From NCBI GenBank assembly GCA_017531805.1, contig JAFXKG010000002.1:8817-72816 (forward strand): a stretch of DNA of 64,000 nucleotides. The letters are read 5' to 3'. This document shows, piece after piece, positions 20,649 through 29,539 of the stretch. The notes below the pieces were generated by a model. It did not search any database. It saw only the letters and a list, made by a program, of their open reading frames with translations, and was not told the origin of the DNA. The DNA is from Clostridia bacterium. Lineage in GTDB: Bacteria > Bacillota > Clostridia > Christensenellales > UBA1242. The position numbers and the translations under genes are program-made. Every line of letters begins with the position of its first letter. Position 1 is the stretch's first letter.

Positions 20649-20972
20649 GTGAAATTATTACAAATTAAGGATTTTTTAAAGAACAAAACGGTTATTGATG
20701 AGGATCTTTTTGTTGCCAAATTAAAAAAAACATATTTGCTTGGACCTAAAATAAATAACGAATTTGATTTAGAATCGTTTTATAAAAGAACTATATCTTC
20801 AAGTTTGTTTGAGTTTAAAAACTATAAAAAACTATCTTTATCTAAAGCACAAAGACTAATGACTCATTACATAAACAATCTTGGAGATAATGAGGTTTTA
20901 GAAATTTTTAAAGATGGCAAATTTTCAAAACATAAAATTATTAAAGTTCCAGTGGGGTATGATGAAAAATAA
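20649..20972 (+). CDS. small YcaO partner protein (possible degenerate E1/ThiF-like fragment)
   Basis: GGAGG RBS plus GTG; overlaps the ycaO start; LLGP and C-terminal HKIIKVP resemble the cyclodehydratase C-protein tail. Confidence 0.55.
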   Translation: MKLLQIKDFLKNKTVIDEDLFVAKLKKTYLLGPKINNEFDLESFYKRTISSSLFEFKNYKKLSLSKAQRLMTHYINNLGDNEVLEIFKDGKFSKHKIIKVPVGYDEK

Positions 20973-22230
20973 ACTGATAACTGATTATAATGAAATAGTA
21001 AATATAATTGGAGAAGATTATAAAGATTTAGCTTCAATATATAGCGACAAGTTTGGTATAGTCAACGCAATTCTTGAAAGAAATGAATTGGAAAAATATA
21101 ATTTAAAAATGTTTCAATGTTTAAGTGCCAATGCAAAGGACTTGTTTGGTTTGAGTAGAGAAGTGTCTAGCGGTGGCTTAGGTGTGGACAATAGCGAAAA
21201 AAGTGCCTTAATAGGTTGTTTGGCAGAAGCACTGGAGCGTTATTCTATGTCTTTTATTCCTCAAGATGATTTGGTATTTGAGTATTTTAATAACTTAAAA
21301 GAAGAACACAGGATTTCAAATTTTTACACATATTCTGAGGAGCAGTACAAAAATTCTCATTTTAGCAATCCTAAAACGGAAAAAATTTATTGGACTAAAA
21401 TTAATTCAATAGATAATTTAAATTATACATATTGGCCAGCTAGTCTTATTTATTTGCCATTTGATTTGAAAAATCCTGTTGCTGAAACTACATCTACAGG
21501 TATGGCGGCAGGTGTTACAATTGATGATTGCATAAAGAGTGGATTATTTGAATTAATAGAAAGAGATGCTCTCATGATAAATTTTTTACAACGATTAAAC
21601 CCTCCGGAAATTGATATTAACTCATTAAGAGGAGAGGCTAAATTATTGATTGATAAAATCAAACACGAGTATAAAATCAAAATTTACAAACTTTTTACAG
21701 ATATAAATGTACCAGTGTTTTTATCATATATTTACAAAGAAGAAAATGGTAAAATTCATTATGGGATTGGAGCAAGTGCTAGTTTGAATTCTAACTATGC
21801 AATACAAAAATCTATTAAAGAATGCTTGTTTACATATTTTTATTCTAAAAATTTATTGCCATATAGGAAAGATAAACCTGAAGAGATAAATACGTTATAT
21901 GAACATTTTTTATATTATCAAGGAGAAATGTTTAAAGAACTATTGTTTAATGGAGAAGTTATTAAATATAAAGAAGAAACGGTTGAATTGGAGGAAGTTT
22001 TAAACTCTTTAAAAGATAATGATATAGAAGTTTATTATAAAGAATTAACAACTGAAGACATAGTTCAAACTAATATAAAAGTTGTTAAAGTTATTGCTCC
22101 AGGGTTGATAGATTTAAATAAAAGCCACAATTTACCTCGATTAGGAGCAACAAGATTTTGGGGAGTTCCTCAAAAACTCAAATTAAAATATAATAAAGAA
22201 TTAAGCAAAATGCCTCATCCATTTCCTTAG
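20962..22230 (+). CDS. YcaO family ATP-dependent peptide backbone-modifying enzyme
   Basis: SSGGLG...AEALERY, TSTGMAAG, GLFELIERDA, VKVIAPGL and C-terminal PHPFP. Confidence 0.93.
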   Translation: MKNKLITDYNEIVNIIGEDYKDLASIYSDKFGIVNAILERNELEKYNLKMFQCLSANAKDLFGLSREVSSGGLGVDNSEKSALIGCLAEALERYSMSFIPQDDLVFEYFNNLKEEHRISNFYTYSEEQYKNSHFSNPKTEKIYWTKINSIDNLNYTYWPASLIYLPFDLKNPVAETTSTGMAAGVTIDDCIKSGLFELIERDALMINFLQRLNPPEIDINSLRGEAKLLIDKIKHEYKIKIYKLFTDINVPVFLSYIYKEENGKIHYGIGASASLNSNYAIQKSIKECLFTYFYSKNLLPYRKDKPEEINTLYEHFLYYQGEMFKELLFNGEVIKYKEETVELEEVLNSLKDNDIEVYYKELTTEDIVQTNIKVVKVIAPGLIDLNKSHNLPRLGATRFWGVPQKLKLKYNKELSKMPHPFP

Positions 22231-22239
22231 GAGAAGAAT

Positions 22240-23187
22240 ATGAAAAATTTTAACACGACAAATTTAATAAATGATTTAACATTGGACAGAAATCTAAAAG
22301 AAGATTTACATAATAAAATTTTAGCAGGAAATTTTAAATTTGATAAAGATATTTTAGATTTTATTCTTGTTTATATCTCAAAACTAGAGCATAGAGTAAG
22401 TAAGATTGTATTTAATGAGTTAAGTTTAAAAACAGGATTAGCTTATGATGAGTTGATGTCCAGATGTGAATGGTTGCACGAGATGGATCTAGAAGGGGTA
22501 CAGTTATCTAAAAATCATAAAGAACTGTATGAGATTTTCGATAGCTTAAATATATTATTTCAAGAAAATAATATTGAACATTATTATACCAGTGGAATTC
22601 TTTCCTTTTTATTGGTTGGACAAGAATTGGAACGATATCATCATGATATTGATGTTTTTGTGAATGAAACGGATTTAGAAAAACTTGAAGCCGTTTCACA
22701 AATATACGGATTTTCATTTTATAGAAAACTTGGAGATAGGAAGAATGGAACAAAAAGAATTATGCTCAAAATGCAATTTAAAGAAATAGATATTCCAATA
22801 ACTGTTTTTATGTATGAAAGAGAAAAAGATAATTCTATTACACAAAAAGATTATTATTATGATTTAAATGGCAATTTAATGGTTGAATTGATTTACAACA
22901 ATGAATTGTCAGCAAAATTGAGTTTTAATGATGAAATAAAATATTTCCATAATATTCCATATAAAGCAATTTCTCTAGAAGCTTTATATTTGTGCAAAAA
23001 AGGTGGAAGACCAAAAGATGAATATGATTGTGCAGTATTTAAAGATTATGTAAATGAAAAAAATTTAAATGATTTAATAGTTGCTGTAAAATCAAACAAA
23101 CCCTCTGAAAATGTTTTGTTAAAGGATAAGACAAAAATTGATTTTTTAACAAAATCAAACGATAAAGGATTGTATTATGGAAATTGA
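22240..23187 (+). CDS. nucleotidyltransferase (Lnu/ANT(2'')/LicD-like) with N-terminal extension
   Basis: SG.LS....G..L.RYHHDIDVFV (DxD) and K..RPKD..D motifs. Confidence 0.72.
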   Translation: MKNFNTTNLINDLTLDRNLKEDLHNKILAGNFKFDKDILDFILVYISKLEHRVSKIVFNELSLKTGLAYDELMSRCEWLHEMDLEGVQLSKNHKELYEIFDSLNILFQENNIEHYYTSGILSFLLVGQELERYHHDIDVFVNETDLEKLEAVSQIYGFSFYRKLGDRKNGTKRIMLKMQFKEIDIPITVFMYEREKDNSITQKDYYYDLNGNLMVELIYNNELSAKLSFNDEIKYFHNIPYKAISLEALYLCKKGGRPKDEYDCAVFKDYVNEKNLNDLIVAVKSNKPSENVLLKDKTKIDFLTKSNDKGLYYGN

Positions 23188-23812
23188 TTATAGTTTTTAT
23201 CTTTGTACAGAATCTGATATGTGTTACAACCATGATTCAATGTATAAAAAAGTTGAAGAAGCAATTTTGGGCGGTGTGTCTTTTATTCAAATTAGAGAAA
23301 AAAATAAATCAACAGTAGAAATTTTAAAAATTGCTCAAAATGTTCAAAGAATAACTAATAAACATAAAATTCCGTTAGTGATTAATGATAGAGTAGATAT
23401 AGCACTGGCGATTAACGCCGATGGTGTGCATTTGGGGCAAGACGATATGCCTTGTAGTATTGCTAGAAAAATTTTAGGACAAAACAAGATTATTGGTGTT
23501 TCTGTGCATAATTTAGAAGAAGCTTATCAAGCAAAATTAGATGGCGCTAATTATTTAGGTGTTGGTGCAATGTTCAAATCTAAAACCAAACCTGATGCTC
23601 AAGTTGTGGATTTTAAGATTCTAAAAGAGATTAGAGACAGCATAGATTTGCCAATAGTTGTTATAGGAGGTATAAACCAGTCAACCATACCTTTATTTAA
23701 AAATATCAATATTGATGGATTTGCAATGATTTCACCGATTTTAAAATCTGACAATGTATTAACAGAGGCTAAGAATTATAAAAATTTAATCAATCAAATT
23801 AAAAACTACTGA
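23177..23812 (+). CDS. thiE: thiamine-phosphate synthase homologue
   Basis: QIREK, INDRVDIA, GVHLGQDD, IGVSVH, G.MF.S.TK, IGGI motifs. Confidence 0.9.
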   Translation: MEIDYSFYLCTESDMCYNHDSMYKKVEEAILGGVSFIQIREKNKSTVEILKIAQNVQRITNKHKIPLVINDRVDIALAINADGVHLGQDDMPCSIARKILGQNKIIGVSVHNLEEAYQAKLDGANYLGVGAMFKSKTKPDAQVVDFKILKEIRDSIDLPIVVIGGINQSTIPLFKNINIDGFAMISPILKSDNVLTEAKNYKNLINQIKNY

Positions 23813-23888
23813 CTTAAACACAACACTAATAGTCAGTAGTTTCTTTGTTTTTAGGATAATTAACCGCTTTTGAACGGTTTAAAACGAT
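23801..23888. repeat. element-end repeat, copy 2
   Basis: AAACTACTGACT/AGTCAGTAGTTT 12-bp inverted repeat; following tail matches 18806-18859 at 46/54 ungapped. Confidence 0.8.
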
Positions 23889-24119
23889 GTAAATTTTTAT
23901 TAAACGGAGTAGTTTGTATTTTTGATTATGGCATAAATCTAAATTTATTTTGATTGTGTCCCAATTATTATTCCAACATTGTAAAAAATTATTAAATCAT
24001 GAAGTTGCAATTTTTTACTTAATATCAAAGATACAAGTAGTGATTATTTAAAATTTTTTGTAAAAATTAACAAAGTTTAAATATTATGTGCTATAATGTA
24101 ATCTACATAGGAGCTAAAC

Positions 24120-27100
24120 ATGAAACAAACTCTTGACAAATTTATTTCCAATAACAATACGGGAATGATTTTATTAGATTCTCCAACGGGATTTGGGAAG
24201 ACTTATAATGTAATACAAATAATGAAGGATTTTATTCAAGGCAATAGTCATCAAGAACTTGAAAGGATTTTTTTTGTTACTAATCTAAGAACCAATTTGC
24301 CTTACGAGGATCTAGATAAGCATTTGTCAGAAGAAGAGAAAAAGAAGTACTTTGTAGCTAAATCATATGAGGAAAACATATTTGACAAATGGAGTGTTAT
24401 TAATAAAACAAGTCTTCCCGAAGAAGTTAGAGCTTCTAAGGAATTTAAAAGTTTAGATGGTGATCTTGAGATTTTGCTAAGTCTTGTTAAGGATGAAAAC
24501 AAAATTCAGAATAAAAATAAGGCTATAAACAGTTTTCATAATAAAATTGCCACAATATCGGAACCTGCATTTAGGGAGTTTTTAAGAAAAACCTACTTTT
24601 ACGGAAGATCAACTGCTGAAAAGAAAAAATTTATTGAAGATAATAAGTGGTTTAAAATTTTATATCCTATTTGTGACATAGAAAAATACAAAGTCGTTTT
24701 TTTAACAACGTCGAAATATTTTTCACCAATCAATACTTTTTATAGACTTCCTTTTTATATACATGAGGATGATATCATCAATAATTCATTAACAATAATA
24801 GATGAATTTGACGCATCTAAAAAATATATTTTAAATCAAATAGTTGAAAACTGTTTAAAAACAAATGTGGATATTGTAAAAATGTTTATCGATATTCATT
24901 ATACTTTAAAAAACCTACATTTTCCTTCGCTATTGTCTAAGGTAACAATGTACAATAAAGAAAAAGTGGACAAAGGGGAATGGAAGCCTGCCAAAGAGAT
25001 TCTGAGAATAAATAAGAAATTATTTAATAATGTCTACAAAGAGCTTAACTTAAATTTGCTGTTGAAAAGTGATAATTTCGAAACAAAAAAAGTTTTTTTA
25101 TTTAATGATGGAAATTATGTAACGGTTTTTAATGATAATTCAAAAAAACATTTATATTTGAAAGCAGATAAAGGTGAGCAACTCTTAAAAATAAATGCAA
25201 ATACATATCAACTTAATGGTACCTCTGTAAATAAAATGCTTAACAAAATAAATCATTGTCTTTGGCACTTTGCAAATGCGGTTTTTATATTAGCAAACAA
25301 TTATCGTTTTTTCAAAAATTCAATAAATAAGGATTCTAATGACAATCAATATACACCAGAAGAAGCTATGGCCACTATTATGTCTATTTTTAATCTGCCA
25401 GATGAGAATCGTGAGTATTTAAAAAAATTAATATCATTTAATGATGTAGATATTTCTTTAGATGTTAAAGAAAATATAAGAAGAGGTTTTCAGTTTACAG
25501 AAGTTGAAGATAGCAATTATCATGATTTACAGTCATTAATTCATCAATTTAATTTTAAAACAACACCTGAAAATTTATTAATTGAAATCGCAAGCAAATC
25601 AAAACTTATAGGTGTTTCAGCGACAGCTTCTTTACCTACAGTTATAGGCAATTTTGATATAGAATATATAAAAAAATCTTTAAATGAAAAATACTGTGAA
25701 ATACAAAATGAAGACAAAGATAGAATCAAAAAATCATTTGATAAAAATCAAATGTTATACACTGATGAGATTTCTATTAATTCCATTCTAATAGATGACG
25801 TAGATGGATTTACAGATAAAGAAAAGTCGAAAGAAATTTTAAAAGTTATTTATTCAGGTGATTTTTCAAACAAGTATTTAACAAAACTTGAAAACGAAAA
25901 AACGGATCAATATTATTTTTTAATATATTGTAAGTTAGCTTATGTCTATTACTTAATTGGTAAAAACGATGTTAAATCTACAGTAGCTTTTTTAAACAGA
26001 TTACCTAGACATGACGATTCTAGTTTGGACATTAATGTTTTAAAAGAAATGTTTAGAGATATAGAAGATAATAACGCTTTGCCACATATTAATGACTTTT
26101 ATGTGCAAAGTGACAATTTTGATAACGAAATGGATGAAGTGTATCAAAAATTGGCATCGGGTGAAAGTTGTTTTGTAATAACATCATATCAAACAATAGG
26201 ATCAGGGAAAAATATTCAATATCCTATTAGTGATTTTGATAAGGAAAGAACAATAGTAAATGATCAAGAAAGAATGCAAAAAGACTTTGAGGCTGTTTAT
26301 TTGGAAACTCCAAGAAATTTAACCAAAAAATTATCAAATAAATCTGAAGATAAGTATAAAGATTTAGCTTTATATTTATTTGAACAGCAAAGTTTATATC
26401 TCGCCGATAAATTAACATATGGTCACTATCGTCAAAATATCATTAATGGATTTAAGAAAGTGTTCTTTAATGATTGGTATTTACAAGCATTTAATAAAAA
26501 CTCTGATATGTGTTGCCATTCAGCACAACTTGTAATTCAAGCTGTAGGAAGAATTTGTAGATGCAAAAATAAAAACAAAAAAATATTTGTTTTTTCAGAT
26601 AAAGAAATATTAAGCAGACTTAAACGAATCGACTATATATTAAATGGAAGATTATTTAATAAAGAGTTTTTAAAACTGTATGAACTAAAGCAAGAAAATC
26701 TTCCTAAAGAAAATATTTTAAAATTATCTCAACAAAGCAAAAAAGCTTATGGGGTCATCACAAAAAATGCTTATACAGTCAGAACGTCCAAACAGAAGGT
26801 TAATGAATGGATTGCTCTTAGAAATTTCGTTTTAAAAAATCCAACAGTCAGCAAAGATGAATTACCTGACAAATATAGCGAATTGTATTACGTATTTGAT
26901 AACAATACAAGTGGTTATTGTTATAGATATGAAAACGGATATAATATAACAGAAATTAAGTTTGATACTCAGGAAGATATGTCGCAAGTATCCGCAATGG
27001 ATTGTGAACTTCCTATTATGTTAAACATTCCATGCGTAAAACAACTTTTTGAAAAAGAAGGTTATACTCAAAGATGGAAAAGGAAAAAATGTGTTATGAC

Positions 27101-27500
27101 ACCTTCTCTCTATAACCAAGTTTACAAAGGTGCATTGGGAGAAGTTGTTGGAAAAGAAATTTTGGATAAAGAATTAGGCTGGACCTTAATTGATATAGAA
27201 GATTACTCAAAATATGAATATTTTGACTATAAGATAAAGGAGAAAAATGTTTATCTCGATTTTAAACATTGGAATGATTTTATAAAAGATGCGCCTACAT
27301 ATGTAAAGAAAATTAAGAATAAATTAAATAAAGTTAAAGGTGAAAAGGCTATTATAATAAATATTATAAAAAGAGGAGAACATGAATTTCATACAAATGT
27401 CGATGATAATATTCTACAGATTCCATATCTAATTGATGAAGCTCGTAATGAAATTTCTCAAGATATGATTGATGTGATTCAAAACTTTATTTCACAATAA
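24120..27500 (+). CDS. SF2 helicase-like ATPase fused to C-terminal PD-(D/E)xK nuclease, putative defence protein
   Basis: SPTGFGKT, IIDEFD, SATA, QTIGSGKN, QAVGRICR; C-terminal GALGE...FDY...LDFKHW. Confidence 0.75.
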   Translation: MKQTLDKFISNNNTGMILLDSPTGFGKTYNVIQIMKDFIQGNSHQELERIFFVTNLRTNLPYEDLDKHLSEEEKKKYFVAKSYEENIFDKWSVINKTSLPEEVRASKEFKSLDGDLEILLSLVKDENKIQNKNKAINSFHNKIATISEPAFREFLRKTYFYGRSTAEKKKFIEDNKWFKILYPICDIEKYKVVFLTTSKYFSPINTFYRLPFYIHEDDIINNSLTIIDEFDASKKYILNQIVENCLKTNVDIVKMFIDIHYTLKNLHFPSLLSKVTMYNKEKVDKGEWKPAKEILRINKKLFNNVYKELNLNLLLKSDNFETKKVFLFNDGNYVTVFNDNSKKHLYLKADKGEQLLKINANTYQLNGTSVNKMLNKINHCLWHFANAVFILANNYRFFKNSINKDSNDNQYTPEEAMATIMSIFNLPDENREYLKKLISFNDVDISLDVKENIRRGFQFTEVEDSNYHDLQSLIHQFNFKTTPENLLIEIASKSKLIGVSATASLPTVIGNFDIEYIKKSLNEKYCEIQNEDKDRIKKSFDKNQMLYTDEISINSILIDDVDGFTDKEKSKEILKVIYSGDFSNKYLTKLENEKTDQYYFLIYCKLAYVYYLIGKNDVKSTVAFLNRLPRHDDSSLDINVLKEMFRDIEDNNALPHINDFYVQSDNFDNEMDEVYQKLASGESCFVITSYQTIGSGKNIQYPISDFDKERTIVNDQERMQKDFEAVYLETPRNLTKKLSNKSEDKYKDLALYLFEQQSLYLADKLTYGHYRQNIINGFKKVFFNDWYLQAFNKNSDMCCHSAQLVIQAVGRICRCKNKNKKIFVFSDKEILSRLKRIDYILNGRLFNKEFLKLYELKQENLPKENILKLSQQSKKAYGVITKNAYTVRTSKQKVNEWIALRNFVLKNPTVSKDELPDKYSELYYVFDNNTSGYCYRYENGYNITEIKFDTQEDMSQVSAMDCELPIMLNIPCVKQLFEKEGYTQRWKRKKCVMTPSLYNQVYKGALGEVVGKEILDKELGWTLIDIEDYSKYEYFDYKIKEKNVYLDFKHWNDFIKDAPTYVKKIKNKLNKVKGEKAIIINIIKRGEHEFHTNVDDNILQIPYLIDEARNEISQDMIDVIQNFISQ

Positions 27501-27591
27501 AAAATAGTGTAGGATAAAATATTTTATCTTTTAATACAAGTTTAGCAAATATGTGCTATAATGAATTAGTAGGAGAAATAATAATTAAAGC

Positions 27592-27621
27592 AAAAAAGGA
27601 TGCCTTACGACATCCTTTTTT
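27592..27621. terminator. bidirectional intrinsic terminator
   Basis: AAAAAAGGATG-ccttacga-CATCCTTTTTT. Confidence 0.8.
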
Positions 27622-27665
27622 GAATTTCTCCCACAGTCTATTTTTCAATAGATAGCTTGTGATAT
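27592..27665 (-). ncRNA. candidate small RNA (about 75 nt) downstream of the pemK-like gene
   Basis: Own promoter TTGACA-17-TGnTAATAT (27700-27672), TCTATT-GAAA-AATAGA hairpin, terminator at 27592-27621, no ORF. Confidence 0.5.
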
Positions 27666-27731
27666 GACAATATATTAACAAATATTTTTATAAATGTCAA
27701 TAGGAATTGTCAATATATTATATGATTTTTT

Positions 27732-28067
27732 TTATTTTTTATACACCAAAATAAAACTTAATAGCCTCTTTATTTTATTTATTTCTTCTTCAGATAATTT
27801 GTAAACTTTATCAGTATTTAAATCTTTATATATTTTAACAAATCTTTTTCTGCTTAACAATCTTCCTTGATTAACCATAACTTTATTGTGTTTATTATCA
27901 ATATTTAGCTGTACATTTTGTTTGTATATAGACTTAGATCTCTTTGATGACATTGGAAAAACAAAATAAGCATCATCATTGTGATTTTCTTTATTTTCAT
28001 GTTTTCTCCAAACAAAGACAGGTCTTAATTTGTTTATTTCTGAGCCAATATTTGTTCCGAATAACAC
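27732..28067 (-). pseudogene. PemK/MazF-like endoribonuclease toxin, 5'-truncated
   Basis: FG.NIGSE.NK.RP.V and V.PMSSK motifs; upstream sequence is antisense integrase, no proper start. Confidence 0.65.
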
Positions 28068-28708
28068 AGGTTGCCAAGTTTGATGAGAAAGGAAAGGTGA
28101 TTGAAAGGGTAACTGTTGTGGGAGACACAAAAACAGCGTGTTCTGTGCGAGAAATACCAATCACAGACATTGTGGTGGAAACCTTAAAAACATGGCGTAA
28201 AAAGCAGGATTTCAGGCAAAAAATGGACACTAGCATCAAAGTTAATCTTATAGATTCCGATGCTTTCATTTTTGCCAACGATGATGGCAGTGTTAGGACA
28301 TATTCAGGGTGTAGAAAGATTTTCGGTAGATTTATTGAACGCAACAGACTTCAAAAATACAATATTCACTTTCATGGATTAAGACATACCTTTTCAAATA
28401 TGCTTTTTGAGATGAACGAAAATCCGAAAGTTATTCAACATCTGTTAGGACATCTTGACGTGAAAACAACAATCACAGTGTACAATTCTGTGGATGGCGA
28501 GTATGTAAGACAAGCAACCGATAAGTTGAACGATAAGATTAAAAAAGAAGAAATCTTTGCTCAAAACAAACAGATAGAAAATGAAAAGCAAGAACAAAAG
28601 AAAAGTGTGTCGGCAGAAATGAGCGATGAAGAGTTTGATGACATGTTTTTTGATTTACTAGAAGAAAGAAAACGAAGAAAACAAAAACAAGATGATATGG
28701 AGATGTAA
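28061..28708 (+). pseudogene. tyrosine integrase, C-terminal remnant
   Basis: TKT..S.R.IP, HGLRHTF, LLGH and catalytic Tyr (TVY); first catalytic Arg and N-terminal domains missing. Confidence 0.85.
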
Positions 28709-28813
28709 AAATATTAAATATTGTCATATTTAAGATGATTTTCAAAATCATTGTGTTAATATGCAAACATAAAAGGTTGGAGGAATATCTTCAACCTTAA
28801 GGAGAAACGATAT

Positions 28814-29533
28814 ATGGACAAAGAGATAAATGTTTTAGATGAGAAATCTGAATATGATTATGATAAATTACTTAAAAAACTCAAACTTGTTCGCAATGGA
28901 TTTAAAACAACAGGTAAGTATGGCATGCCTATTATTAAAAAACAAGATATTGATTTGGATAAAATTGATTTATGGAACTTCACGAAAACTAAATTAAATG
29001 ACGAAGACAACAAACATAAAACAATACATTTTTTTACTTATGATTGGTATTTTGATTCGGTGTACGACAAACCAGAAGTTGCCATGGAAAAATTAGATCA
29101 ATATTATGCTTTGCTAACACCTGAATTTAGTTTATATTGGGACATGCCAAAAGCATTGCAAATTTTTAGCACCTTTAAAAACCGTTGGTGTGGAGCATTT
29201 TGGCAAAAGCAAGGTAAAATTGTAATACCAACAATTGCATGGGGTTCAGAAACTAGTTTTGAATTTTGCTTTGATGGAATTGAAGAAGGTTCGGTTGTAA
29301 CTGTTTCAACATACTCAAGAGAAGATTGTAAAGATGAATTTATGCTTGGTTACAATAAAATGTTAGAAGTTATAAAACCTTCTGCTATTATCTGTTATGG
29401 TACTCCATTTCCAGAAATGAAAGGTAATATAAAATCAATTAGCCCGTTTGATCAAGAAGAATTAATTGCAAAAATGGGATTTGACAATTACATGAAAAAA
29501 TATCTTTCAGGCGAATTGTATCCAACGAGGTAG
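28814..29533 (+). CDS. DUF4417-like phage/ICE protein
   Basis: HFF.YD..F, P.FSLY.DMP, NRW.GA.WQ, FCFDG motifs; AAGGAG RBS. Confidence 0.75.
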   Translation: MDKEINVLDEKSEYDYDKLLKKLKLVRNGFKTTGKYGMPIIKKQDIDLDKIDLWNFTKTKLNDEDNKHKTIHFFTYDWYFDSVYDKPEVAMEKLDQYYALLTPEFSLYWDMPKALQIFSTFKNRWCGAFWQKQGKIVIPTIAWGSETSFEFCFDGIEEGSVVTVSTYSREDCKDEFMLGYNKMLEVIKPSAIICYGTPFPEMKGNIKSISPFDQEELIAKMGFDNYMKKYLSGELYPTR

Positions 29534-29539
29534 GCAGAA

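Noticed and set aside
23100-23177. TPP riboswitch upstream of thiE
   Set aside because: thiE overlaps the upstream CDS; there is no leader and no CTGAGA-type TPP motif.
27944-28160. N-terminal parts of the 254-aa and 142-aa ORF calls
   Set aside because: Each is the antisense read-through of the other gene across the deletion junction.
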